Shown: positions 1 to 8,154 of the stretch, in pieces
Layout: the number at the start of each line of letters is the position of its first letter
Numbering within the stretch: the first letter of the stretch is position 1
From: a virus
Taxonomy: Duplodnaviria; Caudoviricetes
Virus record (IMG/VR): IMGVR_UViG_3300037307_000199
Coordinates: 1 to 38,976 of that record
Length of the DNA stretch: 38,976 bases
Direction: 5' to 3' (one strand)
The notes under the pieces: generated by a model
What the model was told of the DNA's origin: nothing
The model's input: only the letters and a program-made list of their open reading frames with translations
Database searches by the model: none
Position numbers and translations under genes: made by a program

Positions 1-15
1 CCCTGATCTGATCGC

Positions 16-48
16 CCGGCCGGCCACCTCGAGCCGGCCGGCCACCTC
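16..48. repeat. Tandem 15-bp direct repeat CCGGCCGGCCACCTC x2 (possible operator)
   Basis: Copies at 16-30 and 34-48, directly upstream of the promoter A/T tract. Confidence 0.6.
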
Positions 49-110
49 AAAAAAGTTTTTCGAAAAGGACCCCCGGGGGGGTGTACAACCTTAGATAGTG
101 CTGCTATACT
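49..110 (+). promoter_or_regulatory. Sigma70-type early promoter with UP element and extended -10
   Basis: A/T tract 49-66; -35-like TGTACA 82-87; 17-bp spacer; TG-C-TATACT 102-110; same architecture at 36235-36262. Confidence 0.75.
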
Positions 111-145
111 TCTCTCATAAGGCAACGAGCACCAAGGAGAGACCG

Positions 146-340
146 ATGAAACTGAGCAAAGACAACACGAAAGCCGCTCGCGAGCTCCGCGACCTGATCG
201 CCGACTTCCTCCGCGAGTGCCAGCACACCGACGAGATCGACGGCGACGCCCGCGTGATCGCCGAGGGCGACAAGATCTACATCGCCCTGAACGGCAACAC
301 CCGCGGCGCCCATATCTACGTCGACGTCGAGACCAACTAG
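146..340 (+). CDS. Hypothetical early protein, 64 aa
   Basis: AAGGAG RBS before ATG 146; the track start at 98 lies inside the promoter. Confidence 0.7.
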   Translation: MKLSKDNTKAARELRDLIADFLRECQHTDEIDGDARVIAEGDKIYIALNGNTRGAHIYVDVETN

Positions 341-349
341 GAGCCGGCC

Positions 350-643
350 GTGAAACTCCTGACCAAAGAGATCGCCGCCGGCCTCAGCCCGCTCTACTCG
401 ACCGAGAACGATCCGGACCCGATCGCCCGCGTGAAGTTCTTCACGCCCGACAGCAACTGGACCTGGTACGCGACCGAGTACGATCCTGAGAGCCGGACCT
501 TCTTCGGCCTCGTGATCGGCCACGAAGCCGAGCTCGGCTACTTCTCGCTCGACGAGCTCGAGGCCGCCCGCGGCCCGCTCGGGCTCAAGATCGAGCGCGA
601 CCTCCACTGGACCTGCAAGCACCTCAGCCAGATCGACCGCTAG
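350..643 (+). CDS. DUF2958-family protein
   Basis: [16 protein letters not shown]...FGLV...[10 protein letters not shown]...IERDLH signature; GGAG RBS. Confidence 0.8.
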   Translation: MKLLTKEIAAGLSPLYSTENDPDPIARVKFFTPDSNWTWYATEYDPESRTFFGLVIGHEAELGYFSLDELEAARGPLGLKIERDLHWTCKHLSQIDR

Positions 644-652
644 GAGAGGACC

Positions 653-1069
653 ATGAGCCAGAACGACTACAGCAACAGCATGACCGTGGGCGACCTGATG
701 AGCCGCCTCGAAGGCCTCGACCCCGAGGCCCCGGTGATGGTCGCCTACCAGCCCCACTACCCGCTGCAGTTCGCGATCTCCGAGATCGAGGCCGTGGAAG
801 TCGGCCTGCCCGACGAGGGCGACCGCATAGTCTGGACCGATCCGAACACCGACCAGGAGCGGGAGGGGTGCTTCGTCGAGGCCTACGGCCCTCACGAGTG
901 GGTGGTCGAGACCGTCGACGCCGACGACCGCGAGACCCGCCACGGCGTGGATCCCGACACCGTGAAGATCCCGACCGACCGGCCGCGGACCGTCGTCTAC
1001 ATCAGCGAGGGTTACAGCGGGAACGGCTACCTCCCCGGCGACGCCTCCCGCGCCCTGGGATGGAGGTGA
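653..1069 (+). CDS. Hypothetical protein
   Basis: AGGAGAGG RBS; TVGDL..L...DPEA.V..AYQP.YPLQ and VVYISEG..GYLP motifs resembling actinobacterial mobile-element proteins. Confidence 0.7.
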   Translation: MSQNDYSNSMTVGDLMSRLEGLDPEAPVMVAYQPHYPLQFAISEIEAVEVGLPDEGDRIVWTDPNTDQEREGCFVEAYGPHEWVVETVDADDRETRHGVDPDTVKIPTDRPRTVVYISEGYSGNGYLPGDASRALGWR

Positions 1070-1073
1070 GACC

Positions 1074-1292
1074 ATGACCCGCAAGGACGGCACCCTCACC
1101 GAGACCGAGAGCCTGGTCCTCCGCCGCACGGCCGAGGGCATGACCAACCAGGAGATCGGCCTCGAGCTCGGGATCACCGTGGCGACCGTGAAGTGCCACC
1201 TCAACCGGATCTACAAGAAGACCGGGACCCGCAACCGCGTAGAGGCTACGCTCTGGTCGCTCGGCCGGCCGGCCTCGAGGAGGGAACCATGA
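1074..1292 (+). CDS. LuxR/GerE-type HTH transcription regulator
   Basis: LTETE..VL....EGMTNQEIG..LGIT..TVK.HL.RIY.K.G..NRVEA. Confidence 0.9.
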   Translation: MTRKDGTLTETESLVLRRTAEGMTNQEIGLELGITVATVKCHLNRIYKKTGTRNRVEATLWSLGRPASRREP

Positions 1293-1495
1293 GCTCCGAC
1301 TTCCGTTGGCCGGGCACCGAACAGCTCGAGCGCGAGATCGAGCTCGTGAACCGGGAGGAGCGCCGGCGGGTAGCAGAACGCCGGCGCCGCCACCGGCGCG
1401 AATGGCTGCAAGAGGGCCTGCTCGCCCTCCTGATCGTGGGGACCGGGATCATCTTCTTCTGGGTCCTATCCGGCCAGACCTGCGCCGGCCTCTGA
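1289..1495 (+). CDS. Small membrane protein
   Basis: ATGA overlap with LuxR gene; Arg-rich stretch then one TM helix (LLALLIVGTGIIFFWVL). Confidence 0.65.
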   Translation: MSSDFRWPGTEQLEREIELVNREERRRVAERRRRHRREWLQEGLLALLIVGTGIIFFWVLSGQTCAGL

Positions 1496-1533
1496 TCCGT
1501 CCACCTCGTGCGCTACACTTCGACCACGCCCAC

Positions 1534-1567
1534 AAAAGAGCCCCGCGCCGCTCGAACGGCCGGGGCT
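1534..1567 (-). terminator. Hairpin with flanking A-tract (intrinsic terminator for minus-strand transcription)
   Basis: AGCCCCG-C-GCCG / CGGC-CGGGGCT stem 1539-1567; AAAA 1534-1537 gives a short U-tail on the minus strand. Confidence 0.45.
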
Positions 1568-1682
1568 GTGAGACCTGAGAAGGAGGTCTGCCTTTGAGTC
1601 TAGCACTACCACCCGCCCCACGCTCCCGGCTTCGCCTGGAGCCTCTCAGACGTTCCTAGACCTATCTGACAAGGAGAGCAAC

Positions 1683-2300
1683 ATGAAGCGCGACGAAATG
1701 CTGCACGGCCGGTTCATCAAAGCCGGCGAGTTCAAAGGGCAGCAAGTGACCCTGCATATCGACTCGCTCGACCGGGAGACCTTCGAGCGCGAGGACGGCA
1801 CCGAGCAGGAGAAGTGGATCATCGCCTTCCGCGAGCACCGCAAGACCGGCGAGCCCCTGGAGTGGGTCCTCAACCGGACCAACATCGAGTGCCTGTTCGC
1901 CATGTGGGACGACACCGACGACTGGATCGGGAAGGCCGTCACCCTCAAGCCCGAGCAGGACGACTCCCCGATCAACGACACCGGCCTCGCGATCCGGGTA
2001 GCCGGCTCGCCAGACCTGACGGCCCCGGTCGTGGCCTCGTTCAAGCTCGGCCGGCGCAAGAAGCCCATGACCCGGCGCCTGGTCAAGACCCGGCCCGGGG
2101 CCGCGGCCCTCGAGTTCGACACCGACACCGGCGAGATCCGGCCGCCGGCCCGCACCGAATACCGCGCCGACGACCAGGAGCTCGCCAAGGGCTACCCGGC
2201 CGGCATCTTCGACGACGACCAGGCCGAGCCCACCGAGCACCACGCCGGCGGCAGCATGGGCCAGATCGACCTGGGCGCCGTCTCGGAGTCTGAGGCATGA
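1683..2300 (+). CDS. Putative ssDNA-binding/annealing protein
   Basis: FIKA.E..G..VTL.I...LNRTN......DTDDWIGK.VTL pattern, acidic C-terminus, adjacent to RecE-like nuclease. Confidence 0.55.
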   Translation: MKRDEMLHGRFIKAGEFKGQQVTLHIDSLDRETFEREDGTEQEKWIIAFREHRKTGEPLEWVLNRTNIECLFAMWDDTDDWIGKAVTLKPEQDDSPINDTGLAIRVAGSPDLTAPVVASFKLGRRKKPMTRRLVKTRPGAAALEFDTDTGEIRPPARTEYRADDQELAKGYPAGIFDDDQAEPTEHHAGGSMGQIDLGAVSESEA

Positions 2301-3145
2301 CTCGCTCGACCAGGCCGATCGCCTGCAAGATCTCGCACGAGGAATACAGCCAGATCGACGGGATCAACTGGTCGACCCTGAAGTACGCCGACGAGTCGGC
2401 CCTCTCCTACCTCTGGCACCTCGAGAACCCGCCGGCCGAGACGCCGGCTATGGTCCTGGGGCGCGCCACGCATACCGCGGTGCTCGAGTCCGATCGACTC
2501 CTGCATGAGTACGTGATCTTCGAGGGCGACCGCCGGGGGAACGACTGGAAGGCCTTCAAAGAGATGCACCGGGACAAGACCATCCTTCGGCCCGAGGAGT
2601 ACGACACCGCGATCCGGATCCGGGACGCGGTACACGGGCACAAGGTCGCGAAGAAGCTCCTCGCGAAGGGCCTGGCCGAGTGCACCCTCCGGTGGGTGGA
2701 TCCACCGACCGGGCTCGCCTGCAAAGCCCGCCTGGACTGGCTCGACTCGAGGACCCTCGTGGATCTCAAGACCACCCGCAACCTGGGCGCCCGAGACTTC
2801 GGGCGCTCAGCCGGCGGGATGGGCTATCACGGACAGCTCGCCTTTATCAACATGGGGCTCGCCACCTTCAAGCGGAAGGTGAAGACCTACCTGATCGCGG
2901 TCGAGAACGACGAGCCCCACGACGTCGGGGTGTTCACCGTCTCCGAGGACGACCTCTGGGCCGGGGAGCAGCTGGTCCGGCGGTGCCTCGACCTGGTGGC
3001 CGAGTGCCGGCGCACCAAGAAGTGGCCCGGCCGCTACCCGGCCGCCGTCCCGCTCGAGCTCCCGACCTGGTACTTCCCCAAGGACGAGGACGAGCTCAGC
3101 CTCGCCGACCTGGGGCTCGTTCCTAGACCTCGCGTGGAGGGTTGA
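2297..3145 (+). CDS. RecE/exonuclease VIII-like PD-(D/E)XK nuclease (DUF3799)
   Basis: GINWSTLK, MVLGRATHTAVLE, CKARLDW, VDLKTT, GYHGQLAF, WPGRY motifs. Confidence 0.85.
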   Translation: MTRSTRPIACKISHEEYSQIDGINWSTLKYADESALSYLWHLENPPAETPAMVLGRATHTAVLESDRLLHEYVIFEGDRRGNDWKAFKEMHRDKTILRPEEYDTAIRIRDAVHGHKVAKKLLAKGLAECTLRWVDPPTGLACKARLDWLDSRTLVDLKTTRNLGARDFGRSAGGMGYHGQLAFINMGLATFKRKVKTYLIAVENDEPHDVGVFTVSEDDLWAGEQLVRRCLDLVAECRRTKKWPGRYPAAVPLELPTWYFPKDEDELSLADLGLVPRPRVEG

Positions 3146-3334
3146 ATGTACAAGTATCACGACGGCTGCGGCGGGAGGGTCGACACCTCCCGCCGGTGCT
3201 ACCAATGCCCGGATATCTGCAGGAACACGGGGGAGCCGGTCGAGGACGAGGACTGCGAGAAGTGCTCCTCGAGCTACGACCTCCACGTGGACAACATGGT
3301 CGACGCTAGGGCTGAACGCGAGATGGAGGGTTGA
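3146..3334 (+). CDS. Small Cys-rich hypothetical protein
   Basis: GGAGG RBS; six Cys; abuts both neighbours. Confidence 0.55.
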   Translation: MYKYHDGCGGRVDTSRRCYQCPDICRNTGEPVEDEDCEKCSSSYDLHVDNMVDARAEREMEG

Positions 3335-3335
3335 C

Positions 3336-3668
3336 ATGACACTGACCAGCGAAGAACGGGGCGACCTCCTCGAGGCCGTCCGGATCCTCAAGCACGTGCA
3401 GCGGCACGACGACCTGGCCGGCCGGCTGCAGAGCATGGCCGCCCGTATGCCAGATCCCGAGCCCGATCCCGCCCTGCGTAGGAAGATCCTCGCCCTGATG
3501 AAGGCCTACATGCACCAGGCCGTGGACGCCGAGCTCGAGCTCCTGCTCCGGTGGCCCGGAGACACGCCCTACGACGGCGGCGAAGAGGAGGCCGACGCCC
3601 GCGGCCTGCAGACCATCGCCGCCACCTTCCGAGTGGCCGCCAAAGACCTCGCGGAGATCCTGCCGTGA
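3336..3668 (+). CDS. Hypothetical protein
   Basis: GGAGG RBS; GTGA overlap with next gene. Confidence 0.65.
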   Translation: MTLTSEERGDLLEAVRILKHVQRHDDLAGRLQSMAARMPDPEPDPALRRKILALMKAYMHQAVDAELELLLRWPGDTPYDGGEEEADARGLQTIAATFRVAAKDLAEILP

Positions 3669-3928
3669 GCTCCTCGATCGGCAAGACCCAAGAGACCTGG
3701 ATCACGGCCAAGATCAAAGCCCTCGACCTCGAGGACCTGGACCCGGCGCTCGCAGACCTTCTGCGGGCGCTCGGCACCCGGGCGACCAAAATGGCATACG
3801 AGGCCGACACTTACCACCCGAGCATGTATGCGCAGTTCGCCGCCAACGCCCGCGCCGACGAGTCGCTCCACGCCTTCACGCTCGCCCTGAGAGCCGTCCG
3901 TAACGCCGACCAAAAAGAGGACCGATGA
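3665..3928 (+). CDS. Hypothetical protein
   Basis: GTG 3665 overlaps upstream stop; ATGA overlap downstream. Confidence 0.6.
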   Translation: MSSSIGKTQETWITAKIKALDLEDLDPALADLLRALGTRATKMAYEADTYHPSMYAQFAANARADESLHAFTLALRAVRNADQKEDR

Positions 3929-4215
3929 ACAACACGACCGACCTGACCGCCGATATCCTGAGGCACCACTTCCCCAATGCCTCAGACGAACAGATCACCG
4001 CTACCGCAAAGGACATAGACCAGATCCTAGACGCATGGGAAAACGACCCCCGGCCCTGCAAGGGCGACGCCTTCGTGAAAGCCGGCCCCCGGCTCCGGCT
4101 CCTCGACTGCTACAACTGCGGGAGGCACGTGAGTCGCGGCGGGAAATGCGTGGGCTCCGGCTGGGAGGGGAGACGCTTCCTCGAGGCCCTGGCGCCGGGA
4201 GTGCTCACACCATGA
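3925..4215 (+). CDS. Hypothetical protein with Cys cluster
   Basis: GAGG RBS; CxxC (CYNC); ATGA overlaps at both ends. Confidence 0.6.
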   Translation: MNNTTDLTADILRHHFPNASDEQITATAKDIDQILDAWENDPRPCKGDAFVKAGPRLRLLDCYNCGRHVSRGGKCVGSGWEGRRFLEALAPGVLTP

Positions 4216-4481
4216 GCGCGGCGGTACCGCTCCCGATCGGCTCCTGGATCACCCATCACGGGCAGCGAGCCGGCCAACTTTACGGGCTAGAACAGGGCAA
4301 GAGCGAGACGTGGGCCTTCCTCTGGATCCGACACCCGGGCAACACCGGCCCAAGCCCGATGCTGATCTTGAAAGAGGACCTCTCCTCCGGCGCCCTCCAG
4401 ATCGACCGCGAGGCCCAGGCCCGCTGGGACAACTACGTGAGGACCGAGATCAGCGAAACGTCCGAGCAACCGTCCTATTGA
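4212..4481 (+). CDS. Hypothetical protein
   Basis: ATGA overlap upstream; TGATG overlap downstream. Confidence 0.55.
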   Translation: MSAAVPLPIGSWITHHGQRAGQLYGLEQGKSETWAFLWIRHPGNTGPSPMLILKEDLSSGALQIDREAQARWDNYVRTEISETSEQPSY

Positions 4482-5131
4482 TGGTCACCCGATCCGAAGG
4501 CTACCAGCGGAGCGGCGGCTACACCGGGGCCAAGCAAGAGGAGGGCAAGCGGCTAGTCGAGGACTTCTACTGGGAGGTCCTCGGCTACCGCGGCCGGCGC
4601 GTGACCGATCCCGAAGAGGACCGTCTACGGGGCGACATTCGCTATGGGTTCGGCTACGTCGAAGTGAAGCGGATCCCGCTCGACCCCTACTACCCGCACA
4701 CCTTCGTGGAGATCTGCGAAGTCCCGAAAGAGGTGGACAGAAAGCCCTACCACCGCGGCGGCTTCGCCCGCACCGCCTGGATCCTGGGCATGAAGGAGGA
4801 CACCCTCGCCAACCAGCCCGTGAAAAGGTACGGCGTCCAGCTCGGCACCTTCGGCCGGCCGACGCACCTCAGTTGCTCGATCGAGTGGGGTGTCGGCTCC
4901 GACGTGATCGCCTTCGCCGGCCCCGATCGCAACAAGGACCCCTGGATCTATTGCTACCCGCGGCGCACCCTCCTCGCTCACGTCTACACGGTCCTCTGGG
5001 AAAAGGGTTTCGTGACCAACGAGGGGAACATGAACGACGTGACCTTTGGGGTGCGGGTCCCGAACGCCGACTACCGCTGGAAGCGGCACCCGAGCGGCGT
5101 CTGGACCTGGCACGGCCTACCGCCCGACTAG
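4481..5131 (+). CDS. Putative PD-(D/E)XK restriction-endonuclease-fold nuclease
   Basis: EEG..LVE helix, RGDI, YVEVK, TFVEI spacing typical of the PD-(D/E)XK core; start coupled by TGATG. Confidence 0.5.
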   Translation: MVTRSEGYQRSGGYTGAKQEEGKRLVEDFYWEVLGYRGRRVTDPEEDRLRGDIRYGFGYVEVKRIPLDPYYPHTFVEICEVPKEVDRKPYHRGGFARTAWILGMKEDTLANQPVKRYGVQLGTFGRPTHLSCSIEWGVGSDVIAFAGPDRNKDPWIYCYPRRTLLAHVYTVLWEKGFVTNEGNMNDVTFGVRVPNADYRWKRHPSGVWTWHGLPPD

Positions 5132-5197
5132 CATGAGCCAGGCCTTCGCGCTATAACAGGCCCTGCGGATCACTACGAGCCCCGTGGAGGCCCTCCG

Positions 5198-5707
5198 ATG
5201 CGGATATTAGCCCTAGACCTCAGCCTCACCGCCTCAGGATGCTGCGGGCCCTCTGGGGAGATCCGCCTGATCAAGCCCAAGACCAGAGGCGCCGAGCGCC
5301 TGGCCCAGATCGTCGACGAGATCCACGACCAGGCCCTCGGCGTCGACCTGGTGCTCCTCGAGGACTACTCCTACGGCTCGAAGGGGAGCGCCATATTCCA
5401 GATCGGCGAGCTCGGCGGGTGCGTCCGGCTCGAGCTCCATCGGTTAGGGCTACCCTGGACGGCGGTCCCGCCCTCCTGCCTCAAGATCTACGCGACCGGA
5501 TCGGGCACCTCGAACAAGATCAAAATGGCGACCGCGGCCGCCACCCGAGCCGGCCTCGAGTTTCCCGACGACAACGCCTGCGACGCCTGGTGGTTGTGGC
5601 AGATGGGACTCGCCCGCTACGACATTGGGCACCCCGCCCTGGTCACGATGCCGAAGGCCCACCTCCGCGGCCTCGAGGGCGTGACCTGGGCCCCGGCCCC
5701 AAAATGA
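5198..5707 (+). CDS. RuvC-like Holliday junction resolvase
   Basis: ILALDLSLTASG, VLLEDY, ELGG, PS.LK.YATG.G...K, DDNACDA. Confidence 0.85.
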   Translation: MRILALDLSLTASGCCGPSGEIRLIKPKTRGAERLAQIVDEIHDQALGVDLVLLEDYSYGSKGSAIFQIGELGGCVRLELHRLGLPWTAVPPSCLKIYATGSGTSNKIKMATAAATRAGLEFPDDNACDAWWLWQMGLARYDIGHPALVTMPKAHLRGLEGVTWAPAPK

Positions 5708-5832
5708 TCGCCCGGGCTCTGTACGTCGGCCGCCTGGAGGTCTACTATCGAGCCCTGCGCAAAATGAAGCCCCGCGGGCGGCAACACCCCGGGGCACGGT
5801 ATCCTGCCAAGGAGAGGACCAGGACACGATGA
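5704..5832 (+). CDS. Small basic hypothetical protein, 42 aa
   Basis: ATGA overlaps at both ends. Confidence 0.35.
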   Translation: MIARALYVGRLEVYYRALRKMKPRGRQHPGARYPAKERTRTR

Positions 5833-5873
5833 ACACTTTACCACCCGAAACCAGCAAAAGCAGCGCGCCATGA
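5829..5873 (+). CDS. 14-codon leader ORF (MNTLPPETSKSSAP) coupled to the replication gene
   Basis: AAGGAGAGG/AGGA upstream; its TGA overlaps rep ATG (ATGA 5870-5873). Confidence 0.35.
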   Translation: MNTLPPETSKSSAP

Positions 5874-6742
5874 GCTGGGCCAAGATCGACGACCAGCTCC
5901 ACGCCCACCGAAAAGTGGTCGCCCTCGGGGACCAGATGCTACCAGCCCTCGGGCTACACCTACTCGCCCTCTCCTGGTGCGCCTCTCAGCTGACCGACGG
6001 CTATTTGCCCAAGCTCCAGATCCGCCGGCTCGCTCCGGACGCCCCTGCGGCCCTCGTGGACGCTCTGGTGGCCGCTGAGCTATGGGACCGCGCCGACGGC
6101 GGCTACCAGATCCACGACTACCTCGACTGGAACCCCTCGAGGGAGTGGGTCCTCGAGGAGAGGGAAAAGGCCAAGGTTCGGATGAACCGGATCCGCACCT
6201 CTAGCGCTCGTTCGCCCGAAGTTCGCCCGAACATCGTCCGAACGAACGCCGAACATTTGCCCGAAGTTCGCCCTCTCCCCGTTCCCGTTCCCGATCCCCT
6301 ACCCGATACTGAAGAAAAACACTCTCGCGCCAAGCGCGCGAGACCGCGGCCGCCGGCACGGCCGGCGCCCACTGAGAGCGACTGGGAAGCCTTCTGGGAC
6401 CTCTACCCGAAACGGACAGCACCAGCAGCAGCCCGCAAGGCCTTGGAGAAGGCCCTCAGGGTCGCCACCCTCGAGGAGATCTTGGCCGGCCTCAAAAAGC
6501 AACTGCCCGAATGGCGCACCAAGGACCCGCAGTTTATCCCGCACCCCTCGACCTGGTTGAACCAGGAGCGCTGGAAGGACGAGATCAAGGTCGGTTTCCG
6601 CCCTGAACCTACTCGCTCGACCGTGCCACCTCCTGAGCCACCCATGACACCCGAGGAGCAAGAGGCCAACCGCCAAGCCGCCCTCGAGGCCCTGGCGACC
6701 GTCCGCAAAATGAGCGCCGGCATCGGGAGGCCCATGCCATGA
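5870..6742 (+). CDS. Phage replication initiator protein
   Basis: N-terminal W.KIDD...H.KV...TDG...YQIHDYLDWNP; PVPVPDP linker; C-terminal FW.LYPKR...FIPHPSTWLNQERW.DE. Confidence 0.8.
   Translation: MSWAKIDDQLHAHRKVVALGDQMLPALGLHLLALSWCASQLTDGYLPKLQIRRLAPDAPAALVDALVAAELWDRADGGYQIHDYLDWNPSREWVLEEREKAKVRMNRIRTSSARSPEVRPNIVRTNAEHLPEVRPLPVPVPDPLPDTEEKHSRAKRARPRPPARPAPTESDWEAFWDLYPKRTAPAAARKALEKALRVATLEEILAGLKKQLPEWRTKDPQFIPHPSTWLNQERWKDEIKVGFRPEPTRSTVPPPEPPMTPEEQEANRQAALEALATVRKMSAGIGRPMP
6210..6273. repeat. About 11-bp iteron array, probable origin of replication
   Basis: GTTCGCCCGAA x2, CATCGTCCGAA, CGAACGCCGAA, CATTTGCCCGAA, GTTCGCCC inside the rep linker. Confidence 0.7.
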
Positions 6743-6990
6743 GCGATATCTTCGAGCAGATCTTCGTCGAGATCCGCCGCGCCCAGGAGCGCCACCCCGA
6801 CGCGAAAGGCTTCCACGTCCACGCCTCACCCGAGGCCGTCCGGGAGCTCAAGATCGCGATCGACCGCTATGGGATCGTGACCCCTGGAGACCAGATCCTC
6901 TGCCTGAGGGTGTTCGGATGCCCGGTCACGGTCGACCGGCGGGTGATCCCCGGCTACGTCCGGCTCGAGGAGCTCGAGGACCAGCCATGA
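6739..6990 (+). CDS. Hypothetical protein
   Basis: GGAGG RBS; ATGA overlaps. Confidence 0.6.
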   Translation: MSDIFEQIFVEIRRAQERHPDAKGFHVHASPEAVRELKIAIDRYGIVTPGDQILCLRVFGCPVTVDRRVIPGYVRLEELEDQP

Positions 6991-7238
6991 GCCCGCACCT
7001 GCTCGACGGCTTCGGACCCTACTCGACCGAGCCCAACCCCTGCGTGCGGCTCTGGGGCCCAGGCCCGCCCGGGACCACCTGCAAGACCTGCGACCGCCTG
7101 CTCGTGAGACGCATGGGGCGCACCTACTACAAGTGCTCGCTCCGGCATGACACCCGATCGGCCGGCACCGACCACCGCGTGGGCTGGCGCTCCTGTAGGA
7201 AATACACCCACGAGGGGGAGGCGCTTATGGACGACTAG
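6987..7238 (+). CDS. Cys-rich (Zn-binding) hypothetical protein
   Basis: GPGP...TCKTC...YYKC...TDHR..W.SC; ATGA overlap. Confidence 0.6.
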   Translation: MSPHLLDGFGPYSTEPNPCVRLWGPGPPGTTCKTCDRLLVRRMGRTYYKCSLRHDTRSAGTDHRVGWRSCRKYTHEGEALMDD

Positions 7239-7276
7239 GTTGGACCGGGCGATGAACAACTCCGAAGGAGGAACGA

Positions 7277-7819
7277 ATGGGCAGAAAATGGTTAGTCGCG
7301 AGCATATGTTTCCTTGCACTCATCCTTGCAGTGATCGCGGTCCTCGACATGACCGACAACGCCTCGGCCGACACCTGGGACCATAGCCTCGCCTGGAACG
7401 GCGTGAACGGGGCCGATAACAACCTGGCCGGCTACGATCTGCTCTGGGTGCTAGGCGGCAGCGGGGCGACCTCAGCCGAGCTCAGGGTCACGCTGTCGGA
7501 TGGATCGCAGCAGACCATCACGGGGGACAAGCAGGGCAACGGGGCGATGCACTTCACAAGCCAAGGGGTAGCCGGCGCTCACGTGACCGCGGCGACCGTG
7601 TACTACAACGGGACCGAGGTCAACGCACCGCTGACGATCAGCCACACGGTAGGCGACCAGGAAACCACGACCACGACCACCGAGGAAGAGACCACGACCA
7701 CCAGCTCGAGCACCACCACCACCGAGCGCGAGACCACCACCACGACCGAGCCACCCACGACCACCACGACCAAGAAGCACGACACGACGACGACCACCTT
7801 CGAGGCCGAGTTAGGTTGA
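7277..7819 (+). CDS. Secreted or membrane-anchored protein with Thr-rich tail
   Basis: AAGGAGG RBS; basic-hydrophobic N-terminus with ASA site; beta-rich core; ETTTTT repeats. Confidence 0.75.
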   Translation: MGRKWLVASICFLALILAVIAVLDMTDNASADTWDHSLAWNGVNGADNNLAGYDLLWVLGGSGATSAELRVTLSDGSQQTITGDKQGNGAMHFTSQGVAGAHVTAATVYYNGTEVNAPLTISHTVGDQETTTTTTEEETTTTSSSTTTTERETTTTTEPPTTTTTKKHDTTTTTFEAELG

Positions 7820-8097
7820 GCCGCTGTCTGCTCTGCCCGGCTCCGGCCACCGACGGGGCGCACTTCCCCAAGCACACGGGGATGGGACGCCGGCGCCGGG
7901 CAGACGACGGCCTGCCGAGGATCCCGCTCTGCAGGGAGTGCCACGACCTACTCCACGCCGGGGATCCAGACAAGACCGACCTCGCGATCGAACGAGCACC
8001 CGGGTACTGGAAGCGGCGCGGACTATGGGACCAGGCCCGGCCGTACTTCGAGACCTTCCTCGCTCGGCGCCGATACCTCGAGGACAGCTCTCGCTGA
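7816..8097 (+). CDS. His-Me finger (DUF968/HNH-like) small protein
   Basis: CLLC...AH...GMG...IPLCRECH..LH; TTGA overlap. Confidence 0.6.
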   Translation: MSRCLLCPAPATDGAHFPKHTGMGRRRRADDGLPRIPLCRECHDLLHAGDPDKTDLAIERAPGYWKRRGLWDQARPYFETFLARRRYLEDSSR

Positions 8098-8154
8098 CAC
8101 CCCTCCCCCACCTTTGCACCCCTCCCCCCGCCTCTACCTGCTACCCTCTGGGCT

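Larger units (their letters stand above)
1..126 (+). repeat. 126-bp exact direct repeat, copy 1
   Basis: Identical to 38407-38532 (CCCTGATCTG...CATAAGGCAAC), then diverges (GAGC vs CGCA). Confidence 0.95.

Noticed and set aside
1-126. 126-bp repeat as a true terminal repeat or att site
   Set aside because: Second copy is 444 bp from the end, there is no integrase, and the terminase context points to cos ends near 8.6 kb
1594-1659. 21-codon TTG ORF behind AAGGAGG
   Set aside because: Very short, atypical codons, no supporting motif; cannot be supported as a gene
6210-6273. Short repeats as a CRISPR array
   Set aside because: About 11-bp tandem units without spacers; no cas genes
7660-7800. 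ACC/ACG trinucleotide run as a contingency microsatellite
   Set aside because: Mixed Thr codons in frame; explained by the protein sequence
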